Origin: Mobula hypostoma
Taxonomy: Eukaryota
Reading direction: 5' to 3'
Length of the DNA: 64,000 nucleotides
Assembly: GCF_963921235.1 (NCBI RefSeq)
Contig: NC_086109.1
Coordinates: 36,520,001 to 36,584,000 of the forward strand
In this document: positions 27,101-40,232 of the stretch, piece by piece
How positions within the stretch are numbered: the stretch's first letter is position 1
Layout of the letters: each line of letters begins with the position of its first letter
Notes under the pieces: model-generated
Seen by the model: the letters and a program-made list of their open reading frames with translations, nothing else
Database searches by the model: none
What the model was told of the DNA's origin: nothing
Position numbers and translations under genes: made by a program

Positions 27101-28395
27101 CCTTGATATCAATACTCTCACTCAATTGTTAAGTGGGAACTTCCCAGCTTTGAGCTGAGAGATATCCATGAGGTTCTTGGTTGCCCCAGCGTCAACTGAT
27201 GCCAGACGTTCATGTGTTTGGGAACCTCCATGACAGTGAAGCTGGGAGCATTACTCGATTAGGGGAAGATGCTTGCAGGGAGAATCGACCCATCAGAATT
27301 CCAGGTCTTATTGACAGATACCTACTTTTACTGGCCACTTGAGACATGATGCCTGGAAGTGTATTGTGGACCCACAGTAAAGGCAGAAATCTGTTCTGCA
27401 CCAATCTCATTCCTCCTGAGAAAGCTGTAAGCCCCACACCTGCTTGGGCACCTCCAAAGACTGCGTACTCAGTGATGAGAGAGGGGGTGAAGTGATGAGA
27501 AGGAGGTTCGAGACATTCTCTCTCTGCACCACTCTGCTACCTGGTTATCTATTTGAATAGCCAGATTTATCACATCGTGCAGGCAGTCCTGTTCATAACA
27601 TACTACAATCTCATGCCAGAAATCTGTGCTCAGCCTACGTTGGAAAGCAGTGATGAGAGATCTTTCATTCCACCCCATCTCAACTGCAATATTGCGGAAC
27701 TTTCCTGCGTAGTTTCTCACTAACCCTCTCCCTTGGTGCAGATCCAGCAGTTGGTGGTCAGCCTCCTGACCCGGGGTGAAAGGTCAAACATTCTCTTGAA
27801 CTCGAGTACAAACTGCTGGAAAGACTGGGCTGCAGCAGAACCCTGTTCTCGTAGGGAGCTGAACAGGCTGAGTGGGGGTTCCATCTCAGAGATTCACCAC
27901 GTGAGCCAGTTCACGTGCATTGTCACTGAATCAACCTGGCTGGGCTTGGGAAGTCAGCTCACTGTGGGTAATAAAGTTGCCGCAGCTGTTGGTGTCACTA
28001 GAGTATCTGTCTGGTGGAGGAATGTTTGGTTCAGGTCCAGAAGCAGCCAAGAGAATCAGGGCATTAGTGGCGAGGCTGGTGAGACTGCAACAGAGAAGGG
28101 TGAGAGAGGTGTGTCTGTCCTGGCAGGGAGCTGCTAACTAGTGGCCGTGAGAGTGGGAATGGCTGCCACCTGATTCCGGCTGCCTGTTGTGAGCTACTGC
28201 AGTGTCGTAAGTGCTGATGCCTGCTCTACAGCTTGAACTGGGCTTGCCACTCTGAGAGTCGTTGCTGCACAGTGGGAGTTATTTCTGCTAACCCAGTCTC
28301 CACTGACTTTAACTTCTCCCCCGCTTGACCAATGAAACTCGAGGACGCTTTGAGCTGCTCTCTTTCTGCTGGCTCATTTTGTTGTCAGGTCTTGC

Positions 28396-28705
28396 TGACA
28401 AGAATTCAGTGATGGCCCAAGTGCAGAGAGAGAGAGAGAGAGAGAGAGACGCAGACACAGAATGAACAGTTCACTGAGTTTTAATAAGAACTGTGCAGAA
28501 TAAAGGAAAATAATATGCACTAAAAACTAATGCAGACTCTGCGGCTGGAAAGCCTAAGCTGGAACTAAATTAATACCGCTCCTTTAAAAACTCTATATAA
28601 ACCCCAATAGGCTGGATAATGTGAACATTCTCACATGTGTGATTGGCATCTTATTTCAGCCCACAAGAGTGTTCAAACTCTGCAGCAGTGTCCACAGTTG
28701 TCACA
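28396..28705 (-). repeat. 5' LTR of the chromovirus (internally deleted, (GA)n expansion)
   Basis: TG...CA ends; ~120 bp shorter than the 3' LTR. Confidence 0.88.
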
Positions 28706-29469
28706 GTAGCAGAGTATGTTTGATAACTTTTACACATTCAAGGCTACTTAAACTGTTGCACATTAACAAAAGTACATTAATGTAACAAATAAATATCTCT
28801 GTATAATTTTTCAATGAATTTCTGAGATTTTACCTACCAGAGCAATACCAGGCATTTATAAAAATATATTCACTTTTACTAATGACTCCATTTCCAGGCA
28901 TATGTATGAAACACATTATATGGCCATACCGTATATTACAGAAATATAAAATAAATGGAAAGAAGAAAATATGTTTAACTGAACCAGCTGAGAATATTAA
29001 TTAACTAAGGAACTTGTATTCATGGTTAAGCAAGGATCTGTTTGGAATATTGAAGTATAACCCAACCAGTGAAAACTTGAACTATATTTTGAATCCAATT
29101 TCAAGATGCTACCTAAAAAAAGGTACCATGTTTTGAAGAGCATTGAGCTTTGCGAATATCAAGAATATTTTTGCCTTGATATGTGTGCCTTAAAAGATTG
29201 TGTCAATTTTGTGTCAGATTTTCACTGTCTGGGTTTTAATAGATTTTATTCCATAGTAAGAAATTCATTATATGTGAAATATCTTGAATATCTTTAGAAT
29301 TAGATAGAGTATCATTAAAATCCGTCATCTTCATTGTTCATTGACAAGTGCAGAAGTAATGAGTCTTTACATGCCTATTCCAAGCATTGAGGATCAGGCT
29401 AACAAGATCTGTCCCAATTTTATTTTGCAGATCATACTGCACATGAATTGGCCATCATGTTTCATACAT

Positions 29470-29610
29470 TACAGATGGTAGCAGTTGGGACAGTTTGTGG
29501 TTGGGGTGACTCAGGTCTCCAATGATCCTTTGGGCCCTTTTTACACACCTGTCTTTGTAAATGTCCTGAGTGGTGGGAAGTTCACATCTACATATGCGCT
29601 GGGCTGTCCG
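29470..29610 (-). mobile_element. Short Rex/Babar-like LINE fragment
   Basis: Minus strand resembles the post-RT region (RTAQRI...LPT.QDIYK.RC.KRA..II.D.SHP). Confidence 0.5.
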
Positions 29611-31327
29611 AGGCTACATATTTCCCATATAAAATAAAATAAGTCTCATATCTACATTTCAAACCTAATGCTTTGGAAGGCCACATTTTCTCACTACATC
29701 ATATCTAGTTTGGTAGGACTTCGTATTTCGTTCCATATTTGCCTCCTTGATCATAGTCTGATCATCAAATATCTGCTCTCCTAAAAACCTACTGTTTATT
29801 TCAACTGTTCATATGTCAACTGATATGGCTTCCTTTCCTCATCTCCATCATATACTAGTGATCTACTATTCCTGATTCTCCCTTGAGAGAAACAAGATCT
29901 TCATTGTCAACCAGCCAGAGAATATCCACAAAATGTATAGTCTCACCCTGTCCTCATAAGGCAACACTTTCTTCCCAGGAATTATCCTAGAGAAGCACTT
30001 CCAATGAAAGTATACCTCCTGCTTAAGTAAGATGAGCACTGCAGGAGTGACCTCACCAGTACACTACACAGTTGTATGCAGATTTCTCTACTTTTATACT
30101 CCGTCCTATTCTACGTTATGTATCTGGCTTTACTTCAATCCCAACACAAAATTGGCCTTAATTAACAGTAAACAAAAGGCTGGCAATCTCACTTGCTGAA
30201 TTACAATGCATAGGAAGAACAGATATATTTTTCATTTACAGAGTGTGCTTACAAATGCAATGGATTTTCAAAAGTCATATAACAAAAATAACATCGATAT
30301 GTTAATGTCTGTACTAATTGAAATAGATTCTTAACTTTTATTGTGAAATAAAACCAGATGAAATAATCTGTCTATACCACTACTGTTTTTATATGTGATA
30401 GTTGCTGTGTATGGTGAAATTATAAGTATTTCTGAATACATAATTCAACCACATACCATGACTGATAAAAACTCAATTGATATCAGTAAAAAACAATTAC
30501 TCCTACATTAAAAATATGAATGCTGAATTGAATCTCTGGGTTGCATATTTTACTGAGCAATTTGATCATTCCCTGTCTTAAGCAATGGTTTTACCTATTA
30601 AGGAGACTGCCAAGCGGCTAAAATGCAATCTCTCATAACAAATGAACATGGCAATACATCAGAGAAAAAAATCAATACTGTTAAGTTCACTGCCAGGTGC
30701 AAGATTGTCTTCAGCCAGAAGACTGACAGAAGGACTGGAGGGGAACATCATGCAGTGAGATGTCTAATAGCTATAGAGGAGAAGATAGCAAGATAGTTTT
30801 GCACAGAATCTTTGGAGGGATCAGGTAGCTATGAGATTGATTGCAAACAACACTGATCTGATAAGAATTTCATTTCAACTGGCTCAATTTTAACAAGTTA
30901 TTTGCTATTTTAAAATATCTGCAAAATGTAATTTAGGTTTATACTATACCCAGAATTCCAAGGTGTGCATTGAAAAGCAGTGAGAGACTTGATTAAGTAG
31001 CCCTTGATGACAACACCTTGGGTTTGAAGTAAAATGGCATTTCATTTCTCATCCCTAACATCTATCATGTTGATAGATGAACACAAAATATAAACCAAAG
31101 AACATCTTAGGTTAATATTATGCATTCATCTATCAACTTCAGGAAACTTCTGTAACAAAATGACACTTGCGTGCTATATGTTGTTGATTTTCCTTAGACT
31201 ACATAAAAAATAGGAAAAGAATTCTCCTCTGCTGAGCAATAATTAACAGATTTTCTTGAAACTGAGCTTTGCCAAACACCGGGCTGGCTCTTGCTGCGTT
31301 TACTTCAATAATTAATCTGTTTTAAAT

Positions 31328-31726
31328 AGGGAGCTAGGGCTTTACTCTTTGGAGAGAAGGAGGATGAGAGGAGACATGATAGAGGTGTACAAGATAATAA
31401 GAGGAATAGATAGAGTGGATAGCCAGCACCTCTTCCCCAGGGCACCACTGCTCAGTACAAGAGGAAATGGCTTTAAGGTAAGGGGTGGGAAGTTCAAGCG
31501 GGATATTAGAGGAAGGTTTTTTACTCAGAGAGTGGTTGGTGCGTGGAATGCACTGCCTGAGTCAGTGGTGGAGGCAGATACACTAGTGAAGATTAAGAGA
31601 CTACTAGACAGTTATATGGAGGAATTTAAGGTGGAGGCTTCTATGGAAGACAGGGTTTGAGGGTCGGCACAACATTGTGGGCTGAAGGGCCTGTACTGTG
31701 CTGTACTATTCTATGTTCTATGTTCT
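31328..31726 (+). mobile_element. CR1 subfamily B 3' fragment
   Basis: LERRRMRGDMIEVYKIIRG...; (TTCTATG)n tail; highly similar to the 3' end of 18558-22596. Confidence 0.93.
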
Positions 31727-33209
31727 ATTAATGGCTATGTGCAAAAAGAACACAAAGAAATTTCATTCAAGCAAGATTATACTATAGCACAAAAAAAATT
31801 TGAAAATATTTGAATTCTTTTTAATGCACATGTATTAATGCATAAACACTTTAATACATCAGCTTCTAGCTCATCACACAAATTTACTTTGCATTTCTTT
31901 GTCAGACAAATTTCAAATCTGATTGTGTTCACAGATTTTTGCAGAGAGCACCGAAGCCTTTGGAACTATCTTTCTTAAAAGATAGTAGAATATTTCTAAA
32001 GCAGAAATATATAAATGCTTAATTAGTAAACTGTGAAAGAATTCATCTTGGTAGATGCAATGACCTTATTAAATGGAGTAACAGGTTTAAGAAACTGAGT
32101 GGCTTCCCTCTGCTCCTAATTTGTATGTCCGCATGGCTCTAGGGTATCTTCAGTTGACAGAACGTGAAGTAATTCTGCCTTGCTACCATTGCCTCAAATC
32201 AACAAGGAAGCACCAATGTCAATATACCAGTGATTTATTTCCAATGTGACATCCTGTTTTGTTTGTTGTTCTAAATAATTTAGATAGATGAAGATCTGCT
32301 GATTATCAGTCAAATTACACCTTAATGAAACAAAACAAACTACAAAGCAAATAAAGCAACATACTACTGTCCTAACAATCCACAGCCTGTTTATTTTATA
32401 TACTGTAAGGATGTTATGATAACAAAATAGCAATGGGAAATAAACATCCTACATACTAATGATGATTAAGGCCATGACAATTTTCATTAAGAACAATTCT
32501 TTATTATTGATGTAAAAGCTGTATGAACATTGCAAATGTACCATAGGAATGCATGTTAATTCTAAATGATGATTAAACTTATTAGTATGTGGTGTTACTA
32601 AACTATAACCAATATTTGGGATATCATCTACATAATGCACTGTCCATACAAGATTATATTTGGCACATATTTGTACGCAACAAGTATCGTGGTAGGAGAA
32701 AAAAGAGGTGGACACTGGACAATTATTACACCATATTACATGAGAGAAGCAGCACACAGTCACATTGTACATTCAGCCATGCAGTTTATGCACAGAATTC
32801 CTGTTGTTTCTGTAGTATTCACTTCAGCCACTCTTTGTGGTTACGGATTCCATATTCTCACCATTCATTCAATAAAGAAACCTCTTCTGAATTGCTATTG
32901 TATTTCTTTGAGATCATCTTTCAATGGTGGCCCCAGTTATTTTTTTCCATTAGTTGAAACTCTAAAAACTCTTAACATTTGAAGGCCCCTCAACTTTCTT
33001 TTCCCAAGAGAAAAGAGATTAAGGTCAAGTGGGGAACCTGCTTCTAAATTAATAATCAGCCAATCAAATGCTCAAAAATGTGTAACAAATTAGTTAATAG
33101 CTCTTTAAAAAAAGAAACTTTTGAGTTAGATGTTTAGACTTTCAGTTTCAATTTAGGAAGAGTCACTTCTGCAAAGCTGGGCTATAGTATGTGATTTGTT
33201 AGTTGTGGG

Positions 33210-33780
33210 ATCTGTTCATCGAGCACATCCACTCCATCCCAGTGGCCAAAATCTTTAATTCCATTTCCCGTTTCCATTTTCACATGTCGGTCCAAGATGA
33301 GGTCACCCTCAGGGTGGAGGAGCAAAAACTTACGTTCCATTTGGGTAGCCTCCAACCTGATGGCAAGCATAAATATTGATTTCCTCTTCCAGTAAAAGAA
33401 AATCCCCTCGCCCCGGCCCTCTTCCTCTATTCCTCACTCTGGCTCTTTACCTTTTTTTACCTGCTTATCAATTCCCCCTGGGTACCCTTCTCATTCCCTT
33501 TCTCCTGTGGTCCACTCTCCTCTACTATCAGATTCCTTCTTCTCCAGCCCTTTATCTTTCTTACCCACCTGGATTCATCTGTCACCTTCTAGCCATCCTC
33601 ATTCCCCTCCCCCTCCCCCTCCCCTTTTTTATCTGGCATCTTCCTCCTTCCTTCTCAGTCCTGGTGAAAGGTCTCGGCCCAAAACGTCGACTATTCATTT
33701 ATTTCCATAAATGCTGCCTGATCTGCTGAGTTCCTCCAGCATTTTGTGTCCAGATTTTCAGCATCTGCATAATCTCTTGT
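33210..33780 (+). mobile_element. Penelope-like element 3' fragment
   Basis: gggtagcctccaacctgatggc ORF end, pyrimidine-rich UTR, hammerhead variant at ~33657-33692, shared terminus. Confidence 0.82.
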
Positions 33781-34329
33781 ATTTATTATTTTATAACACT
33801 TATTTAGACCAATTTGGAAATTTTTGTACAAAGTTACAGTTATCATATTGTTATTGTAAACAAGGCAATATATCAAAATCTATTAATCTGTATTTTCATG
33901 GAAACTTAAACTTGCATGGCTCATGTTTGTTTTCCAACCCAAATGAACCCTATTTACACTTTAGTAAAAACTAAAATGATTGCCAGTTAGTGTGAAAATG
34001 GTTAGAATTAGTTGTGAGATGATATACTCTACTTGTCTCTCACATGCTCTGTGCTGAAGCTGTCTCTGGAAAACTTGATATTCTATATTTTGTTTAAGTC
34101 AGTAAAAATTAAAAGCAGTTTAAGGTTGTGAAAGTGTAAAAGCTGCAGCAGTACATGGAGCTTTCATTTAGCTTTACATGTAAAACATATACTGGAAATG
34201 CTGGAAATTAGAAATAAAAACAAAAAATGTTGGAAAAACTCAGTCAGCCAGCTGGGACCATTGGGAAGAGAAAGAGTTAACATTCTGGGTCACATAGACA
34301 GTGCTGAAATCTCAACTGTTTATAATCTT

Positions 34330-35160
34330 TTTACATGAAGGGACCAAAATAGTCAAAGACAGGTGATTTAGAAAGCTGTAAGGAGGACTCAAGAAGCTTG
34401 CAAATGTATATAGATACGTTAAGTGAGCAGGCAAAAAGATGGCTGGAAGAGTATTATGTGAGAAAGGAGGAATGAAAAAGCAAATTAAAATTTAAATTAC
34501 GAGACAACAAAGTGACACAGTGTAAAGAGGAGACCTAGGGAGACCCAGTGAATGAAACACAGAAAGTTGGCCTGCATTTAGGATGTAGGAAGTCTGATAA
34601 AATGCAAGGGATACAAAGAACAAATAGAGGCAGTAATGATGTAAACTTATAAGGCACTAAAGTACTACATGCATATTTGTCTCCATATTACAGAAAGATA
34701 TGCTTCTTTGATTCCTGGACTGAAGTTGATGAGGTATGAAGGTTGAGCAAGTTGGGCCGATACTCACTGGAATACAGAGGGATAAAAAGAGATATTTCCA
34801 TTGAAACATATAACATGCTTTTGAAGATTAACATAGTGGAGATTTAAAGGATATTTCTTCTCAGGGGAGTATTCAGAACTAGGATGTCTGTTCTCTGAAT
34901 TAGGGGTCATCCATTTCAAGTGCAAATTTAGACTACTTCTATCAGAGGCTCATAGATCTTTGGAATTCTCTAACCTAGAGATCTATGCAGGTCATTAAAT
35001 GTACTCCTGATAAAATCTGACAATACAGTGAATCAAATAGAGAAGAGGAGGAAGTAATATTGTGGATAAGGTTGGATCAGGCATGATCCTCATGAATAGT
35101 GGAGTAGGCTCCAGCTGCTGATTGGCCTGTTTCTGCTCCTGTCTCTTATCTGATGTCCTT
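34330..35160 (+). mobile_element. Very old CR1 3' fragment
   Basis: Degenerate RT-tail and 3' UTR (ggcctgtttctgctcctgtctcttat). Confidence 0.55.
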
Positions 35161-35544
35161 ACAATTCTGTTCCAACTTCTTATCTGATGATACAACTTTT
35201 TTCCAGCAGTTAAGTATGTCAAAGCCTTGTGAGACATTTTCTCCAACCACTGGTTCACAAATGAGAAGACAGTGAGGATAAGTGATCAGATCTTTGATAT
35301 TCTCTTCTGCAACATACTCCCCATACTTAGAAGATACCATGATCAAACAACCGAATGTTTGGACAAACTTGGCTGAGAAGTTTGCTTGCAGCTAAAGGGC
35401 CTAGGCTTTAAATGAACATAATTATTTGCTTTGCTCAATTGAGCAATTACCAAATAAAATAATAAATCAAATAAAAAATGCACGTAACTTTTTTGTGGAA
35501 TACACATTGTAACAGAATCATTAACAAAATTCTGAGGTTCAAAA

Positions 35545-36250
35545 GGCCTTGGACGTCCTCGTGCAGGATTCCCTGAAGGTTAACTTGCAGGCTGAGTCAG
35601 TGGTAAAGAAAGCAAATGTAATTTTACCATTCATTTTGAGACGACTAGAATATAATGCAATGATATAATGCTGAGGCTTTCTAAAACATTGGTCAGGCCA
35701 CACTTGGTGTATTGTGAACAGCTTTGGGTCCGTAATCTAAGAAAAAGTGTGTTGACTTTGGAGAGGATCCAAGGACATTGATGGCTCTTTGTGTGTGCTC
35801 ACTGGAGTTTAGAAGAATGCGAAGGGAATCTCATTGAAACAGATTGAATATTGAAAGGCCCTGACTAGGTCAGCGTAGAGAGTATATTTCCAATAGTGGT
35901 GGAGTCGTGGACCAGAGGCCTTCTGAATATAAAGAAAGCCCTTTAGAACAGAGATGAGGAGGAATTTCTTTAGCCAGAGGGTATGTTAACAAATTTCACG
36001 TCACATGCCAGTGATAATAAACCTGATTCTGATTCTGATTCTGATTCTGATTCTATGGAATTCATTGCCACAGGCAACTGTGAAGGCCAAATCATTGGTT
36101 ATATTTAAAGCAGAGATTGATAGGTTCTCGATTAGTAAGGGTGTCAAAAGTTATGGAGAGAAGGTAGAAGAATGAGGTTGAGGTGGATAATAAACCAGCC
36201 ATGATTTATTTCGGAGCAGACTCCATGGGCTGAGTGGCCTAATTCTGCTC
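35545..36250 (+). mobile_element. Old CR1 3' fragment with an inserted (GATTCT)n-tailed LINE end at ~35985-36055
   Basis: LVRPHL.YC-like sequence; ttagccagagggt...tggaattcattgcc interrupted by aataaacc(tgattc)n. Confidence 0.65.
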
Positions 36251-36634
36251 CCAAGATCCAAAACTAAGATACCTTTTTACATGATTCGAGCAAAGAAACC
36301 ATAAGATCAGACACCAAAATAATCCATTACTAACTACTTTAAAGTAAGAACTTCAAGATTAGTTTCTTGGGAGAAAAGGAAAAAGTATATAACCTTGAAT
36401 GAAATATATAATACAGTAACTAAATTGTGAAATTGAAGTGAACAGAGCAGCAGTTAGGAACAGAATCAAAACCAGGTTTATTGTCACTGATATATGTTGT
36501 GAAATAAGTTGTATTGCAGTGGCAGTCTAGGGCATTACATAAAAAATTACCATACATTACAGCACTAAGTACACTAAGTATATGTTTTCAAGCTCCTGCA
36601 TCTCCTCCCTGATGGTAATACTGAGAATAGGGTA

Positions 36635-37020
36635 TAAGACCATAAAACCATAAGACAAAGGAGCAGAAGTCGGCCATTTGGCCCATCGAGTGTGCTCTGC
36701 CATTTTATCATGAGGTGATCCATTCTCCCATTTAGTCCCACTCCCCCGCCTTCTCACCATAACCTTTGATGCCGTAGCTACTCAGATACCTATCAATCTC
36801 TGCCTTAAATACACCCAGTGACTTGGCCTCCACTGCCAACCGTGGCAACAAACTCCATAGATTCACCACCCTCTGGCTAGAAAAATTTCTTCGCATTTCT
36901 GTTCTGAATGGGTGCCCTTCAATCCTTAAGTCATGCCCTCTCATACTAGACTCCCCCATCATGGGAAACAACCCTGCCACATCCACTCTGTCCATGCCTT
37001 TCAACATTCAAAATGTTTGT
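36635..37020 (-). mobile_element. CR1 3' fragment (subfamily C) nested in a Rex-like LINE end (~36460-37070)
   Basis: MLKGMDRVDVAGLFP...FRTEMRRNFSSQRVVNLW; (accataa) tail. Confidence 0.85.
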
Positions 37021-37299
37021 ATGTCCTAGATGGTGAGAGTCCTGGCTGATGAATGCTACCTTTTTGAAGCTCTACCTTTTGAGTTTGTGCTGTTACTTAA
37101 CAGCTCTATAGATCTAGATTTATTCCTTCATTCTGAACTTTGTAAGGTCACTTTATCATTTTGGTTGGGTGCTCTGGTTTCCTCCGCCTCCCAAAGAAAT
37201 GTACAGAAAAAGGATCAAATGGTCATTAATGAATGTGCGAGAGAGAATTAATTCCAGCTATACAGGAAAATAATAATCTCTAGTTTGTGGTAATTTCCC

Positions 37300-37715
37300 T
37301 CTCTCGCTTCTCTAGATTTCTATTCTGCTTTCAGTCTTCTGCTTACCCGTTCTCTTCTCCGCATCTGCCTACCACATTGCTCTAGTGCCCCTTCTCCTTC
37401 CCTTTCACCCTTAGTTCACTCTACCAAATCTACTCTTACCAAATTCCTTTCTCTTCAGCCATTTACTTCTTCCACCTACCACCTCTCAGCTTCGCACTTC
37501 ATTCCCCCCTGCCCCATCCACCTTTCCTTCCCCTTCAGCAGGCTTCACCTATCACTTTCCAGCTTGTACTCCTTCCCCTACCCTCCTTATTATGATGGCC
37601 TCTTTCTTCTTTTTTTCCAATCCTGATGAAAGATCTTGGCCCAAAACAACAGCAGTTTGCTCCGCTCCGCTAGCGTTGCCTAACCTGCTGAGTTCCTCCA
37701 GCATTTTGTGCGTAC
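37300..37715 (+). mobile_element. Penelope-like 3' UTR/terminus fragment
   Basis: Pyrimidine-rich tract, cctgatgaaagatcttggcccaaaac, ctgctgagttcctccagcattttgtg. Confidence 0.75.
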
Positions 37716-38474
37716 TATACAGGGAAATAAGGAGAGGAGTAAGAATCAAATAATGAAAGGGGTAAAGACGAAATTAGGCATGGAGAGAGAACAAAATAAA
37801 GGAGAGCTTGAACTATGAGAGAGAAAACAAGGTTTAATGAGAGCCTGTTTGAATATGATGGACCAAATAACTTTGAAGTTATAGTAAGTAAGCGTACTGC
37901 TTTGAAATCTTCTGATAGAGAAAAAAAATGTGTCGTATAACACATTTCCACAAAGAGGGATAACTTCAATGATTTGGAGATTTACAATCTGTAATGGGAC
38001 TGAAACCGCTGGCTTTCCCAAAATGTCCATGGCAGAAAATTCTGGCAATTTAATACTAAATGTTGACCATGCAATTTTACATTAGAGACAAAAAGAAAAT
38101 GTTGGGAAATGGTGCGTATTGGAACTATACTTAAAGATAGAGCCAACCATTTTTTTTGATCAATTCATTCATTGCACATACCTGAGAAATGGAAGGAATC
38201 AAAGATAAATACAGTGTAGTAAATGTTTGCATTGGAATATCTACAAGCTTAATAATTAACTGTTTTGTTAGATGTTCAAAAAACTAATAGATCTAAGTTA
38301 AAAGCATCAGTAATTTTCCAAGACACTCTAATATCGTTTGTATTGGTGACTAGTAATACAAGCAAAGCTTTACTTAATGTTTAATCCATTATTATACCTA
38401 GTTAATAAGCACTACAGATAGGTTTAATACATTTTAGGAATGTCAGATATTGTTACGTGTTTGTGTGTGCAAGA

Positions 38475-39268
38475 TGAGGTCCAGAGGTCCATAAGCCAGT
38501 TCTCATTGGAGGATCGGAGGTGAAGAAAGTCAATAACTTTAAATTTCTAGGTGTCACTATCTCAGAGAACCTGTCCTGGACCCATCATATAAATAAAATT
38601 GCAAAGAAAGCACAACAGTGCCTCTACTTCCTCAGAAGTCTGCAGAGATTTGGCATGCCATCAAAAACCTTGGCAAATCTCTATAGAAGTGTGATGGAAA
38701 GTGGATTGACTGGCAGCATTAGGGCCTGATATGGGAACATCAAAGCCTTTGAGCAAAAAATTCTACAAAAGGTAGTAGATTTGCCCAATAAATCAAAGGG
38801 AAACCCCTCCAAACCACTGAGCACATTTACATGAAACATTGCTGTAGAAAAGCAGCATTCATCATCAAAGATCCTCACCATCTAGGCCATGCTCTTTTCT
38901 TGCTGCTGCCAGCAGGTAGAAGGTACAAATACCTCAGGACTCATACCACTGGGTTCAAGAACAATTACGGCCCCTCAACCTTCAGGATCTTGAACAAAAG
39001 GGGATAACTGCACTCATTCTATTTCTTGTGTTCACAAGACTGATGGTCTCACTTTATAGACTCTTTATCTTGTTATTTCATACTCTCGTTATTTATTGCT
39101 ATTTATTTATATTTGCACTTGCACTGTTTGCTGTTAATTGATCCTGTTTACAGTTGCTGTTCCATAGATTTGCTAAGTATGCCTGCAGGAAAAAGGAAAA
39201 AAAAATCTCTGGGCTGTATGTGATGGCATGTACTGTCGGTACTCTGACAATAAATTTTACTTTGAACG
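38475..39268 (+). mobile_element. Rex1/Babar-like LINE 3' fragment
   Basis: VNNFKFLGVTISENLSWTHHINKIAKKAQQCLYFLRSLQRFG; 3' aataaa...tttgaac. Confidence 0.8.
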
Positions 39269-40010
39269 TTGGAAGGGGGGATTGGTCAGGTGGGTAGGAG
39301 CTTTATTTAGAATGGTGCTTGTGTGAGAATGCGAGTAAGATGAAAGTGCAGGGGGCCGAAAGTCAGGGGGTATTTAGTGGGGATGTTTGAGGTTAATGGG
39401 GATCATAGCATCAGGATTTATTGAATTATTATGACACAAAGTGGGCTATTAGAGCCATTAAATTATTGCTAGCTTGCTGCATTCAGAGTCCTACTCTGCA
39501 TTATTTTCTTTATGATCCTCTCTCACATAATTCTTCATACCTTGATGAAAGTAGCAATTCAATTTTAATCGGAGATGATACTGGTCTCCATTTAAAGAAG
39601 AATGAACTCTTACAGAGAGAAAAATAATGCCACCCATGGCCAATATATTCCCTGGACTTTGAACAGGTCTTGACAACTTCTAAGAGACTATAGATCAAGA
39701 GTGCACTACGTGGTTGAATACGCACAACAGAAATAACACAAAGAATAGAGTCAGAGGTTTGAAATATGTGCAACTCCATAGATAATGAACTTGCCACTGG
39801 ATGCATTGATTTTCTGGTTTAGAATAAGGACCCTTTAAAGGCAGAACTTGTTTGAAATCATTTACGAGTTGTACCTTACAATGTATACAGCAATGGAGTA
39901 TTTGTGTCTCTACTGAATAGCGGAACCAACTGTGCATCACCTTTACAAATGTGATTTAATAATTTGAATTAAGAGAGGAATTGAAGACAAAAAAGGCGAG
40001 TTAAGACGGT

Positions 40011-40232
40011 AAACACAAGAGATTCTGCAGATGCTGGAAGTCCAGAGTATCACATACAAAATGCTGAAGGGACTCATCAGGTCAGGCAGCACCTCTGGAA
40101 AGGAATATAAAGTCAACATTTTGGGCTGAGCCCCTTCATCAGGATGAAGGGTCTTGGCCCAAAACTGACTGTTTATTCCTTTCCGTAGATGTTGCCTGAC
40201 ATGCTGAGTTCCGCTCTCATTTTGTGTGTGTT
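40011..40232. mobile_element. Palindromic mini-element made of two inverted PLE termini
   Basis: Left arm is the reverse complement of the right arm; centre ccttcatc-ag-gatgaagg lies in the hammerhead core. Confidence 0.85.

Larger units (their letters stand above)
23672..28705 (-). mobile_element. Sushi-like chromoviral Gypsy LTR retrotransposon, full length but decayed
   Basis: 5-bp TSD gtagc; two LTRs; PPT at ~24105-24122; gag (VRNYAGKFRNIAVEMGWNE), CLYCGSTIHFQASC knuckle, protease SVDAGA, RT (PCIDYR, FSKIDL, VYLDDIL), RNaseH (ASDVG), integrase remnants, chromodomain-like FLVDLEEYGPEEYSWV at ~24200-24250. Confidence 0.93.

Noticed and set aside
27469..27720. Domesticated PEG10/RTL-like gag gene
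   Set aside because: Sits in an LTR-bounded element riddled with stops and frameshifts.
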